A DNA stretch of 64,000 bases from assembly GCA_963732385.1 (NCBI GenBank), contig CAVSZB010000007.1, positions 832,001 to 896,000 on the forward strand, written 5' to 3'. A program made the translations under genes and the position numbers. This DNA is from an uncultured bacterium. Its GTDB lineage: Bacteria > Krumholzibacteriota > Krumholzibacteriia > LZORAL124-64-63. The notes under the pieces are model-generated. The model saw only the letters and a program-made list of their open reading frames with translations, was not told the origin of the DNA and searched no databases. The stretch's first letter is position 1; every line of letters begins with the position of its first letter. This document shows positions 19,383 through 29,115 of the stretch, piece by piece.

Positions 19383-20623
19383 GCGCGTCCTCCCGCGCTG
19401 AACTCCGGCAGGTCGACCCGCACGCGAGTGATGCCCGGACCGTTCATGTCGACGACCGTGAAGCGGGCACCGCCCGCTTCGACCCGATCGCCACGCCGCG
19501 CGATGCGCCCGAGACGGGACATCAACAGGCCGGCGATGGTCACGTACTCCGGCGACAATTCGAGGGTCGTGCCGCAGGCATCGTTTACCGCGCGCAGGTC
19601 GAGTCTTCCCGACACGATCCAGGCCGCTTCGCCAATCTGGAACGCCTCGGGATCGACGCGGTCAGACTCGCCGCCGATCGCTCCGGTCAGGGCCCGCAGA
19701 CAGTCATCGAGTGTGACGATGCCGGTGAAGTCGCCATGCTCATCCACGATCATCGCCAGATGCACCCCCCCGGTGCGCAATTCCGTCAGCAGCGCCACCA
19801 CCTGCTTGCTTTCCGGCGCGAACAGCGGCGGACGCAGTCCCGTCTCGAGCGGCCGCGCCGCTTCAGCGTCCGCGAGCAGATCCTTGAGGTGGAAGAAGCC
19901 GAGCGGGTGGGCGCGCCCCAGCTCCGTCACCGGGAAGCGGTTGAAACCGGTGACGCGGGCCACGCGCAGGATCTCCGCCCGGTCGAGCCCGCGGTCCAGA
20001 GCCACGACAGCGGTCCGCGGCGTCATTATCTGACGCACCTCGAGCCGCTGCAGGACAAGCAGACGGGCCAGAAAATGCCCCTCCGTCTCGCTCAGCGCGC
20101 CGTCCTCCACCGCGATTTCGCAAGCTGTCTCCAACTCGGCCGGCGTGAAGGGGCGCGAGCCGGGCCCCACGCCGGGCAACAGATCGAGGAGGCGGGCGGT
20201 GCCGCCCGCGATCACGTCGAGCACCGGCTTGATCACGATCAGCCACCCCGCCAGGACCGGCCGCAGAGTGAGCGCCACGGGGCGGCGATAACGCATGGCG
20301 ATCAGCTTGGGGGTGATTTCGCAGCCGAGCAGCAGGAGCAGGGTGATGGTCGGGACAGCCAGCACCACGCCGGACGGTCCGAAGCGGTCAATCAGCGCCA
20401 CGGTGCCAACCACGCTCGCCCCGGTGTTCACGAGAAGATTGCCGATCAGGAGCGCCGGCAACAACCGCCGCGGCTGGTGCACGAGCGACACCACGCCGCG
20501 GCCGTCGGCGCCATGGCGCACGAGCTCGGCCAGTTCGGTCTGACGCAGGGAGAAAAAAGCCGTCTCGGCGGCCGAGAAAAGCGCGGACAACAGCAGCAGG
20601 ACAACCAGCAGCAGAAGATCCAC
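19379..20623 (-). CDS. CNNM (DUF21) + CBS + CorC_HlyC domain protein (hemolysin/Mg-efflux family)
   Basis: SALFSAAETAFFSL, LLIGNLLVN, EITPK, IMTPR, VDEHG, YVTIAG. Confidence 0.92.
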   Translation of the reverse strand: MDLLLLVVLLLLSALFSAAETAFFSLRQTELAELVRHGADGRGVVSLVHQPRRLLPALLIGNLLVNTGASVVGTVALIDRFGPSGVVLAVPTITLLLLLGCEITPKLIAMRYRRPVALTLRPVLAGWLIVIKPVLDVIAGGTARLLDLLPGVGPGSRPFTPAELETACEIAVEDGALSETEGHFLARLLVLQRLEVRQIMTPRTAVVALDRGLDRAEILRVARVTGFNRFPVTELGRAHPLGFFHLKDLLADAEAARPLETGLRPPLFAPESKQVVALLTELRTGGVHLAMIVDEHGDFTGIVTLDDCLRALTGAIGGESDRVDPEAFQIGEAAWIVSGRLDLRAVNDACGTTLELSPEYVTIAGLLMSRLGRIARRGDRVEAGGARFTVVDMNGPGITRVRVDLPEFSAGGRA

Positions 20624-20685
20624 TGACTCTCGCCGCTCCCCTCGCGCGATGCCCGCGCCGTTCACAGCGGAGCATAGCCGGTTCC

Positions 20686-20715
20686 TTGACACCCCGCAAG
20701 CGCCCCCGCTAAGAT
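20686..20715 (+). promoter_or_regulatory. Sigma70-like promoter of the GT9-waaA operon
   Basis: TTGACA-18nt-TAAGAT. Confidence 0.6.
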
Positions 20716-20750
20716 GACGCGGCCGCCCGATCATGCTGCGAAGGAGCCCG

Positions 20751-21863
20751 TTGTCCCGCACCCTCATCATCCGCTTCGGTTCCCTGGGCGACCTCTGCCT
20801 GCTCGCCTGGTCCCTCAGCGGGCAGGACGCCGTTGCCCGCGCTGACGGCACGCCGCGCCCGCGGATCACCCTGGCGGTGAAAGCCGCCTTCGCCCCGCTC
20901 ATGGCCACCGTGCCGGGGGTGGACGTCGTGGCGCCGCTGGACGGGCCGGGGTGGCGCGACCTCTGGCAGCTCGCCCGCTGTCTGCGGCGCGAACGCTTCG
21001 ACACCGTGCTCGACGCGCACGGCGTCCTGCGCAGCCGGTTGCTCTGTCTGCTGCTGGGCCGATGGCCGGCGCGCCGGATCGTCAAGGACACCGTTGCGCG
21101 GCTGGCGCTGCTGCGCTCCAGCCAGGCCGGCGGCGCCCGCCTCGCGCCACCGCCGCCCGCGCTGCGTCGCACCATGTTGCGGCGCTTCGACGAAGTCGTG
21201 TCGCCCATCGGGAGCGTCGCTCTGGAGACCACGCCGCACGGCGTCGGCCCCGGCGCCGCCCTGCTGGCGGCGGGACGCGGCGGCGCCCTGCGGCCGCGTG
21301 GGCCGGCGGACGGCGCCCGGAAAGCGCGGATCGGTTTCGCGCCCGGCGCGCGGTGGGACACCAAGCGCTGGCCGTCCGGGCACTGGGCGGATCTGCTGCG
21401 CCGCCTGCGGGAGGTCACGGATCTGCCGGTGGAGATCTTCCTCGGCGCGCGGGAGCGGGCCTGGTTCGCCGACGGACCGCTGGCGGACGCGGTCGCCACG
21501 GCCGGCAACGTGGCCGTAGCGACGGATCTGCCGCTGCCTGAGCTGGCGCAGCGCCTCGGCGCCTGCCGGGTGGTCGTCACCAATGACAGCGGCCTGCTCC
21601 ACCTGGCCGAAGCGGCCGGCACGCCGGTGCTCGCCCTCTTCGGACCAACGGTGCGCGCTTTCGGCTACTTCCCGCTGCTGCCGGGCAGCCGGGTGCTGGA
21701 GCGCGAACTGGCCTGCCGTCCCTGCTCCCGCAACGGTCGCCGTCCCTGCTGGCGCGGGGACCTGGCCTGTTTGGCGGAGATCAGCCCCGATGCGGTCCTG
21801 GCCGCGCTGCTCGCCCTGCCCGCTCTTGCGGACGCCGGCGCGCCGGGGGGGCCTCATGGCTGA
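20751..21863 (+). CDS. Glycosyltransferase family 9 (heptosyltransferase WaaF/RfaF-like)
   Basis: IRFGSLGDL, APGARWDTKRWP, NDSGLLHLA, LFGPT, CRPCS; TTG start after AAGGAG. Confidence 0.9.
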   Translation: MSRTLIIRFGSLGDLCLLAWSLSGQDAVARADGTPRPRITLAVKAAFAPLMATVPGVDVVAPLDGPGWRDLWQLARCLRRERFDTVLDAHGVLRSRLLCLLLGRWPARRIVKDTVARLALLRSSQAGGARLAPPPPALRRTMLRRFDEVVSPIGSVALETTPHGVGPGAALLAAGRGGALRPRGPADGARKARIGFAPGARWDTKRWPSGHWADLLRRLREVTDLPVEIFLGARERAWFADGPLADAVATAGNVAVATDLPLPELAQRLGACRVVVTNDSGLLHLAEAAGTPVLALFGPTVRAFGYFPLLPGSRVLERELACRPCSRNGRRPCWRGDLACLAEISPDAVLAALLALPALADAGAPGGPHG

Positions 21864-23157
21864 CCGTGCGTGCGCGCTGCCGCTGCTGCCCTACCGGCTG
21901 CTCGCCCCGGCGATCGCCGCGGCCCTGCCGCTGGGACGCCCCTGCTCCGCCAAGCTGCGCGACGGTCTGGACGGCCGGCAGGGCCTGTCGGCGCGGGTCG
22001 CCGCAGCCGCGCCGCGGGTGCGCGGCGCCGTCTGGTTCCACGCCGCCTCGGTCGGAGAGTACGAGCAGGCGCGCCCGGTGATCGCCGCGCTCAAGGCGCT
22101 CCCCGACGCGCCACCGATCGTCATGACGCATTTCTCCCCCTCCGGCTGGCACTACGCGATGCGGCGACCGTGCGCCGACCTGCACGAATGGCTGCCATTG
22201 GACACGCCGCGCGCCATGGCCCGCCTGCTCGAAGCGTGGCGCCCGCGCGCCCTCGTCTTCATCAAGTTCGACTGCTGGCCCAACCTCGTGCTCGAGGCGG
22301 CGCGGCGCGGGGTGCCGGTGCTGCTGCTGGCCGGCACGCTACAGCCGCGGTCGTGGCGATTGCGCTCCCCGCTGCGTCCCTTTTTCCGGGCGCTGTTCGA
22401 CCGCTTCACCGCGCTGGGCGTCTGCACGGATGACGACCGCCGCCGCTTCACGGAGCAGTTGGGGGTGCGCGCTGCGGTCACGGTCACGGGCGACACTCGC
22501 GCCGAACAGGTGATCCTGCGTTTCGAGGCGGCCGCGGGCGGCGACGCGGTCGCCCGGCTGTCGGCGCGGCCGGGGCGCCGTCTCGTGCTCGGCAGCACCT
22601 GGCCGGCTGACGAGACGCTCTGGCTGCCGGTTCTGCCCGACCTGCTCACCCGCTTCCCGGACCTGACGGTCGTGCTGGCCCCGCACGAGCCATCCTCGTC
22701 CCGACTGGACGACCTCGAGCGCCGGCTGGCGACGTGCGGCGTGGAGACGGCGCGCCTCTCGAGCCTCCCCCCGACCGCCGACGCCGGCCGGGCGGAGACC
22801 GCGCGCTGCGTGCTGGTCGACTCGGTCGGAGTGCTGGCGGAGATCTACCGCACCGGCACCCTGGCCTATGTCGGCGGCAGCTTCACGACCGGAGTCCACA
22901 ACACCCTCGAGCCGGCCGTGGCCTCCCTGCCGGTGCTGTTCGGACCGGTCATACACAACGCGGTCGAGGCGGAAATCCTCGTCGCGCAGGGCGCGGGGCG
23001 GATCGTGCGCCGCCCGGCGGAGGCGGCTGCGGCCACCGCGGAACTGCTCGCCGATCCGGCCCGGCTGACCGCCGCAGGCGCCGCGGCGCGCGCCATCGTG
23101 CTGGCCCAGCGGGGCGCCACCGGGCGCTCGCTGGCCCTGCTCCGTTCCTGCATGTAA
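21856..23157 (+). CDS. waaA: 3-deoxy-D-manno-octulosonic acid (Kdo) transferase
   Basis: WFHAASVGE, LPLD, GSTW, YVGGSF, HNTLEPA, PVLFGP. Confidence 0.93.
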   Translation: MADRACALPLLPYRLLAPAIAAALPLGRPCSAKLRDGLDGRQGLSARVAAAAPRVRGAVWFHAASVGEYEQARPVIAALKALPDAPPIVMTHFSPSGWHYAMRRPCADLHEWLPLDTPRAMARLLEAWRPRALVFIKFDCWPNLVLEAARRGVPVLLLAGTLQPRSWRLRSPLRPFFRALFDRFTALGVCTDDDRRRFTEQLGVRAAVTVTGDTRAEQVILRFEAAAGGDAVARLSARPGRRLVLGSTWPADETLWLPVLPDLLTRFPDLTVVLAPHEPSSSRLDDLERRLATCGVETARLSSLPPTADAGRAETARCVLVDSVGVLAEIYRTGTLAYVGGSFTTGVHNTLEPAVASLPVLFGPVIHNAVEAEILVAQGAGRIVRRPAEAAAATAELLADPARLTAAGAAARAIVLAQRGATGRSLALLRSCM

Positions 23158-23191
23158 GTTGCCCGGCAACCCCGCCGCACCAGGAGGAAAC

Positions 23192-24178
23192 GTGCGTCCA
23201 CAAAACGCCCAGCGGATCGTCGGGAAACCGGCCGACCTCCCTGCCCCGACCGTCACCGGCCCGCGCTGGCGCCTGCCGTATGCCGCGCGTCCGCGCTTCA
23301 TCCAGATGGAGACCGTCACCGCCTGCCCGGCACACTGCCCGTTCTGCCCGCAGCACGAGATCAACCGCGATCCACCGCGCATGCCCGACGCCACCTGGCG
23401 GAAGATCGTCGATCAGACCCGCGGCCTCGGCATCACCTACCGGCCGTTCCTGACGAACGAGCCGTTCGTGGACAAACGTCAGCCGGAGATCACGGCCTAC
23501 ATCAAGCGCGGCGATCCCACCGCCCGCGTCGAGTACAACACGAATGCCTCGCTCCTGACCGCGGACCTCGGTGAGCGGCTGCTCGACGCGGGCGTCGACA
23601 TCATGCGTTTTTCCATCGACGGCTTCTCGCCCGCCACGTACGGCCCGTCGCGCGTCGGGCTCGACTATGCGCAGGTCGTGGCGAACGCCACCCGTTTCCT
23701 GGATCTGTGGGACAGGGGGGGGCACCGCGCCTCCACCTTCGCCGAGATGCGGATGATCGAGGTTCCGGAGAACGCGCACGAAGTCGAGGCCTACCGCGCT
23801 TTCTGGAAACCGCGTTGCAGCGAGGTCGTCGTCACCCAACTCTACCAGTGGCCCTGGACCGGGCAGAGGCGGGAAGACGTGGTGCGCAAGCCGTGTCTGA
23901 AGGTGCTCGACGAGATGTTCTTCTACACCGACGGCGACGCCACGCTCTGCTGCTGGGACGTGCACGGCCGCGCCATCGTGGGGAACGTGCACGAGCGGGG
24001 CGTGCTCGAGATCTGGGACGGCCACGTGACGGGACATCTGCGCGCGCTGCTCGACGACGGCCGGCGGGACCTGATCACCCTCTGTTCCCGGTGCAACGCC
24101 TACGCCGGTTTCGATTTTTCGCCATTCGCCGTAACGCCAGGGAATCGGCCCGCAACTGACGATTCCACAACGCTATAA
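23192..24178 (+). CDS. Radical SAM protein with SPASM/twitch domain
   Basis: CPAHCPFC; NEP, TNA, SIDG; C-terminal PC...LCCWD...VGNV...EIW...CSRC; GTG after AGGAGG. Confidence 0.9.
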   Translation: MRPQNAQRIVGKPADLPAPTVTGPRWRLPYAARPRFIQMETVTACPAHCPFCPQHEINRDPPRMPDATWRKIVDQTRGLGITYRPFLTNEPFVDKRQPEITAYIKRGDPTARVEYNTNASLLTADLGERLLDAGVDIMRFSIDGFSPATYGPSRVGLDYAQVVANATRFLDLWDRGGHRASTFAEMRMIEVPENAHEVEAYRAFWKPRCSEVVVTQLYQWPWTGQRREDVVRKPCLKVLDEMFFYTDGDATLCCWDVHGRAIVGNVHERGVLEIWDGHVTGHLRALLDDGRRDLITLCSRCNAYAGFDFSPFAVTPGNRPATDDSTTL

Positions 24179-24188
24179 CTATCGCGGA

Positions 24189-24896
24189 TTAACCCTGTTT
24201 CGAAGCCCCGTCTGCCGTGGCGTACGGCAACGGATCGGTCACGCCGGCGGCCGCGAACCCTCGCAGACGCAGCAGACAACTCTCGCACCGGCCGCAGGCC
24301 AGCTCCTGGCCGCTGTAGCAGGACCAGGTGAGGTGCAGGGGAGCGCCGAGTTCCCGGCCCCGCCGCACGATGTCCCGCTTGGCAAGATGGATCAGGGGGG
24401 TGCGGATCGTGATCCGGGTTTCGGGACGGGTGCCGGCGTCGACCGCGGCCTGGAACGTCTGGTAAAACGTCTCCCGACAGTCGGGGTAGCCGCTGGAGTC
24501 CTCCTCGACCGCGCCGATGAAAAGCGCGCGCGCGCCCAGGATTTCGGCCCACGATACGCCGATCGCCAGAAAGTGCGCGTTGCGGAACGGCACGTAGGTT
24601 GACGGCACGCCGCCACCGGCCGGCAGCCCCTCCTCAACCGGCAGGTCGGGATCGATCAGGCTCGAACCGCCGATCCTCCGCAGGGTGTCGAGGCTCGTCA
24701 CCAGCCGGCGGGTCACGCCATAATGATCGGCGATCGCGTGGAAGGCCCGCTCCTCGCGCGCGGCCGTGCGCTGGCCGTAGCCGACATGCAGCAGGGCCGG
24801 CGTGAACTCGCGCGCCGCCTCCGCCGCGCAGACGCAGGAATCCATGCCGCCGCTCACCAGCACCACGGCCAGTGGCCGTTGATCCGCTGACGTCAT
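24189..24896 (-). CDS. queC: 7-cyano-7-deazaguanine synthase
   Basis: SGGMDS, YGQR, TYVPFRN, GYPDCR, TWSCY...CGRCESC. Confidence 0.97.
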   Translation of the reverse strand: MTSADQRPLAVVLVSGGMDSCVCAAEAAREFTPALLHVGYGQRTAAREERAFHAIADHYGVTRRLVTSLDTLRRIGGSSLIDPDLPVEEGLPAGGGVPSTYVPFRNAHFLAIGVSWAEILGARALFIGAVEEDSSGYPDCRETFYQTFQAAVDAGTRPETRITIRTPLIHLAKRDIVRRGRELGAPLHLTWSCYSGQELACGRCESCLLRLRGFAAAGVTDPLPYATADGASKQG

Positions 24897-24940
24897 CGCA
24901 GTTCCGTTCCTCCGGCCCGGCCGTGCCGGCCGCTTCCGGT

Positions 24941-25597
24941 TCACCTGCCCCGTTCACGCCCCGGCCAGAGCACCTTGTGCAACTGGATTTGGAATCGCAC
25001 GTCCAGCCGGTCGGCCAGAATCCACTCCGCCAGTTCAGACGGCGCGACCCCTGGCGCGGCGGGCGAGAACAGGACGTCCGTCGCGGCCGGCAGCCGCCCG
25101 CCCCCCCTCACCAGATCGCGGGCCCAGAGGTAGTCGGCCCGGTCGCAGATGACGAACTTCACTTCGTCGCCGGGGCCGAGGTCGCGCAGTCCCTCCCAGT
25201 CGATGACGGCAGGGTCGAGCCCGCTGCCGGGGGTCTTCACATCCACCACGCGCCGCACGCCTGCCGGAACCGCGGCCAGACCGACCGTACCGACGGTGCC
25301 GCTCGTCTCGAGCACGACCCGGTGCCCGGCGGCCAGGAGCGCGGCCAGGAACGCCGGCGCGCCGGGCTGCAGGAGCGGCTCGCCGCCGGTCACGAGCACG
25401 GTGCGGCAGCCGTATCCGGCCACCTCGGCCAGCAGCGAGGGCAGGTCGCGACGGATCCCGCCGTGAAACGCGTGGGCAGAATCGCAATAGACACAGCGAC
25501 GGTGGCAGCCGATCAGCCTCACGATCACGCAGAGTCGGCCGCTCTCGCTGGACTCACCCAGAATCGCACTGTAGATTTCACCCACCAGCAGCGCCAT
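24941..25597 (-). CDS. queE: 7-carboxy-7-deazaguanine synthase (radical SAM)
   Basis: EIYSAILGES, GCHRRCVYCDS, TGGEPL, DVKTPGSG, QLHK; adjacent to queC. Confidence 0.93.
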   Translation of the reverse strand: MALLVGEIYSAILGESSESGRLCVIVRLIGCHRRCVYCDSAHAFHGGIRRDLPSLLAEVAGYGCRTVLVTGGEPLLQPGAPAFLAALLAAGHRVVLETSGTVGTVGLAAVPAGVRRVVDVKTPGSGLDPAVIDWEGLRDLGPGDEVKFVICDRADYLWARDLVRGGGRLPAATDVLFSPAAPGVAPSELAEWILADRLDVRFQIQLHKVLWPGRERGR

Positions 25598-25684
25598 ACG
25601 CCTCGCTCCAGCGCAGGGTTGGGTTTCTCCCGGGCCCGGGCGAGCATGGCAGGTGTCACCGGGACTTCAGGGGGAGCGGAAAAC

Positions 25685-26995
25685 ATGCTTAAGATAGCGC
25701 GTGCCTGTCGGGCTCACAAACCGACGGCGGAAACCGCCAGCGCCGCCGCGCGTCTGGCGATTCTCTGGCTGGCCCTGCCGGCCCTGCTCGCCGGCGGTTG
25801 CGGCCGTCGCGACGCGCCGGACCGCACTCCTGCCGTGCAGCCGGCCGGCGGGACCGTGGCCGGCCTCCCGGCGACCGACTGCGCCGTGCGCGTCGATCGC
25901 ACGGCTTTCACCGCCTATCGGAACCTGGTCGCCCGCCTGATGCGCGGCGAGCGGGTGCCGCAGGAGGCATTTGACCGGGTCTGGGCGATGCCGGCCTACA
26001 CCGCCCTGTTCGACGCCACCAGTCCCCGGCTCGTCAACACCCACATCCTCACCAACGTGACGCGGTACGTCCACGGCGGCGCCACCGCCGCGACAGCGAC
26101 GCACGACGCGCCGGACGGACGGAAGTCGCGGGCTGGCGCCGTGCCGAAGCGGAAAGACCTCGTCGATGCCCTGACCTGGGCGCGCGATAACGGGACAGCG
26201 CTCGACTCGCTGGTGAACGCGGTTTCGACCTCACCGCTCACCTGTGGCGTGCTGCCGAAGATCGCCGGCTATCTCCGGCCCGGACTGCTTCCCGACACCC
26301 TGCGCGTCCTCTTCCTCGTCGCCGGCCCCGACCTGCGCTGGACCGGCAGCGAGGTGCTCGTCGATGCCGGCGTGGCCGCTGCGGCCGGTCCCACGCGCCT
26401 GCCCAACCTGCTCGCCGCACAGCTCTACCGCGCGCTCGCGCCGCGGGACGGCCCCGAGCCGTACAAGGCCCGCAACGGCGCCGCGGCGCTGGTCGCCACC
26501 TTCGCTCAACTGCGCCGCGACGGGGTGGCGGGATGGCTCGAAGATTTTCCAGAGGTGGAGTTCGACCCCACGCACCCCCTAGTGGGCCGCTCCGATAAGG
26601 AGCGTCGCAGCTGGCACAGTCTCGCCACCCGCTCCCTCTCGGCTCTTCAGGAGATGCTGCCGGCCCTGCTGGACGATCCCGCCGTTCTTGACACGAAAGG
26701 GACGGTTATTGACGATCTGCTGCGCGGCAACCGTTCGTACAGCGCCACCGGCTACGCCATGGCGGCGCTCATCGCCACACGTCTGGGCGAGCCGCGCCTG
26801 CAGGCGGCGGCCCGCGGCACGCCGGGCGACTTCCTCGCTGCCTACCAGGAGGCCGCCACGAAAGGCGATGTTCCCGCCCTGGCCGAGCGGGCGTGGATCG
26901 CGCCGGAGAAACTGTCCGACCTCCCCCCCTTCCCGGCACCGATCTACCGCTCCCTGATGGCCATGCTTGCGCCGCCGACCGGCATAGCCCGCTGA
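25685..26995 (+). CDS. Putative lipoprotein, DUF5700/DUF2268-like zincin fold with degenerate metal motif
   Basis: Hydrophobic stretch + LAGGC lipobox-like site; LAAQLYR ... QLRRDGVA ... YSATGYAMA pattern; start uncertain. Confidence 0.5.
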   Translation: MLKIARACRAHKPTAETASAAARLAILWLALPALLAGGCGRRDAPDRTPAVQPAGGTVAGLPATDCAVRVDRTAFTAYRNLVARLMRGERVPQEAFDRVWAMPAYTALFDATSPRLVNTHILTNVTRYVHGGATAATATHDAPDGRKSRAGAVPKRKDLVDALTWARDNGTALDSLVNAVSTSPLTCGVLPKIAGYLRPGLLPDTLRVLFLVAGPDLRWTGSEVLVDAGVAAAAGPTRLPNLLAAQLYRALAPRDGPEPYKARNGAAALVATFAQLRRDGVAGWLEDFPEVEFDPTHPLVGRSDKERRSWHSLATRSLSALQEMLPALLDDPAVLDTKGTVIDDLLRGNRSYSATGYAMAALIATRLGEPRLQAAARGTPGDFLAAYQEAATKGDVPALAERAWIAPEKLSDLPPFPAPIYRSLMAMLAPPTGIAR

Positions 26996-27022
26996 CGCAG
27001 CGCGCCCGGGCCACGACAGACG

Positions 27023-27055
27023 ACGGGGGCCGCGCCGGTGCGCGGCCCCCGTTTA
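27023..27055 (+). terminator. Hairpin between convergent genes (probable terminator)
   Basis: 13-bp stem ACGGGGGCCGCGC-CGGT-GCGCGGCCCCCGT followed by a short T run. Confidence 0.6.
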
Positions 27056-27099
27056 CTGTCTCCCGTCCTCCGGCCCCCGGTGGCCGGTGAGCGTTCCGT

Positions 27100-28809
27100 C
27101 TACTGCTCGGCCAGCGTGAACCGGGGCCGGATATCGACCGGCACCCGCTCGAGACGCGACAGCGCAGCCTGCAGCTCCGGCGGCAGGACAGCGTAACGAC
27201 GGATCAGCTCCTGCGCCGCGGCATAGTCGCCCGCCGCCTGCAGGACAAGGATGCGCCGCAACAACTCCTCCGCCGCGATCCAGAACTTCGCCTTGTCGAC
27301 CCGGAAGCGACCGGTGGCGGCGTCGAAGTCGATCGCCCCCTGCTCCCGCAGGAAATTGAACTGGATGGCATTCGCCTGGCCGTGAGCCTCGGCGATCCCG
27401 AAACGGACCGAACGGAAGAGGCCGGCGAGATAGGTCACCGCCTGCCGGTCCAGATGCTCCGGTGTGAAAAATCCCTTCCCCTGCAGCTTGTAGACATCCC
27501 AGGTGCCCATCAGGTCGGCCTTGGCCTCCTCGATGGTCGCATAGGTGTCCTTCAGCTCCAGGCGGACTTCGGTGGGCCGGCCCTCCCTGACGAGGCGCCC
27601 CGGTCCGAGACCGTGGCTCATCTCATGCCACAGTGTGTGGAGGAAAAACGCCTCCGCCGAGAGATCGCCGAGCTGGTCCGCGGCGACCAGTTCCCGCGCG
27701 ATCGGCGTGAGGATCTGCGTGAACTTCGCGTTCATGACATTGCGCAGCAGCACCTTCTTGCTTCCCTTCGCCTCGCGCACCCGCTCGTCGTTGGGAAGGT
27801 TGAAGGCGATGGTCTGGATACCGGCGCGCGTATCGCCGGCGCTGAACACCTCATCGACGACGCGGATCGGAGACTCGCTGCCGCGGTGCGGATTCTTGTC
27901 GGCGTCGGGGATCGGCAACTGGCTCTCCAGCCACGGCAGTTCCTGCTTGAACGATTCCAGCCGCGCCGACTCGGCCGGATCCACCACGGTGACGAACGCC
28001 TCGAAGGCCGCCTTGAAACCGAACAGTCCGTCCTCGTAGGTCTCGTACGGGCCGATCGTGATCTCGACCGGGCTGTCGAGATCCATCCACAGCACGTCCG
28101 AGCGATAAGTATCGTCCGTCAGCAGCGCCTCTGCGCGCGCCTCGAGGAAGAGACGCAGGCTGGCGTTGTCCGTCAGGGCGGCCGCCTCGCGCAGCAGCCC
28201 GGCGCACCGCTGCAACGGCTCGCGGAAGAACTGCCCGTACGCAATGGCGATCAGCTGACCCGACCGGTCGCGACGCACCATGCTCTGCAGGCCGTTCAGG
28301 CCCGCCCCCCCCATCTGGATGCGTCCCTTCTCCGCGTCGGTCAGATCGAGCGGATAGAAGCTGGCGCCGGCCGGATGCGGCCATCCGCCCAGGAACGGCT
28401 CGCGATCCACCCGGCGATCCCACGGACCGGCGTTGAGCCAAAGGTAGTCGCGCAGCGGCCCCGCCAGCGGTCCGCCCACCAGGTCCGCGCGCGCTTCGAT
28501 GGCGGCGCGACAGGGACAGGCCTGTTCATAGAACAGATCGTCCATGATGCGCGCGGCGGCGATCAGCTTGTGCAGGACCGCCTGCTCGGTGGGCGACAGA
28601 TGCCCGATGTTCGCCGTGATCTCCGTCGGCGCATAGGCTGCCAGCCGCTCGCTCAGATCGGGCACCACCGTCGGCGCCGCGCGGCCGACCCAGCCACAGT
28701 CGAGCGGGGCCAGTTCGGGAGCGCCGGCCGGCTCCGCGCTCCCGGCGTGCGGGGCGAGCAAAAACAGGGCGGCGAGCGGGCCACACAGGCGCGGCAAAAC
28801 CGAATTCAT
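27100..28809 (-). CDS. Secreted peptidase family M49 (dipeptidyl peptidase III-like)
   Basis: IGPYETYED, AFNLPNDE, KGSKKV, HEMSHGLGP, EEAKAD; N-terminal signal peptide. Confidence 0.9.
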   Translation of the reverse strand: MNSVLPRLCGPLAALFLLAPHAGSAEPAGAPELAPLDCGWVGRAAPTVVPDLSERLAAYAPTEITANIGHLSPTEQAVLHKLIAAARIMDDLFYEQACPCRAAIEARADLVGGPLAGPLRDYLWLNAGPWDRRVDREPFLGGWPHPAGASFYPLDLTDAEKGRIQMGGAGLNGLQSMVRRDRSGQLIAIAYGQFFREPLQRCAGLLREAAALTDNASLRLFLEARAEALLTDDTYRSDVLWMDLDSPVEITIGPYETYEDGLFGFKAAFEAFVTVVDPAESARLESFKQELPWLESQLPIPDADKNPHRGSESPIRVVDEVFSAGDTRAGIQTIAFNLPNDERVREAKGSKKVLLRNVMNAKFTQILTPIARELVAADQLGDLSAEAFFLHTLWHEMSHGLGPGRLVREGRPTEVRLELKDTYATIEEAKADLMGTWDVYKLQGKGFFTPEHLDRQAVTYLAGLFRSVRFGIAEAHGQANAIQFNFLREQGAIDFDAATGRFRVDKAKFWIAAEELLRRILVLQAAGDYAAAQELIRRYAVLPPELQAALSRLERVPVDIRPRFTLAEQ

Positions 28810-28930
28810 GATCGTGACTCCCTGGCTGATGTTCGGGGAGAGGGGCGCCCCGGCTGCGAACGGGCAGCTTAAACCCGTCATCGCCGCGGGACAAGCTCCG
28901 CCGTCGTGCCGACGTTACCCTTCAAAGACA

Positions 28931-28960
28931 AAGGCCCGCCCTCGAACGAGGGCGGGCCTT
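28931..28960 (-). terminator. Terminator hairpin after tRNA-Asp
   Basis: AAGGCCCGCCCTCG-AA-CGAGGGCGGGCCTT inverted repeat; T-rich tail on the minus strand. Confidence 0.75.
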
Positions 28961-28966
28961 GAATAC

Positions 28967-29043
28967 TGGCGGGAGCGACGAGACTCGAACTCGCGACCTC
29001 CGGCTTGACAGGCCGGCGTTCTAACCAGCTGAACTACGCCCCC
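28967..29043 (-). tRNA. tRNA-Asp (GUC)
   Basis: GGGGGCGTAGTTCAGCTGGTTAGAACGCCGGC-CTGTCAA-GCCGGAGGTCGCGAGTTCGAGTCTCGTCGCTCCCGCCA. Confidence 0.97.
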
Positions 29044-29073
29044 GTGGCCTCGCCTGCGCGCGACGCGGCGAAA

Positions 29074-29102
29074 AATATAGCCGTCCCCCCGCGGCATGTC
29101 AA
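29074..29102 (-). promoter_or_regulatory. Sigma70-like promoter of tRNA-Asp
   Basis: TTGACA-17nt-TATATT. Confidence 0.75.
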
Positions 29103-29115
29103 CCGGCCCACCGCC

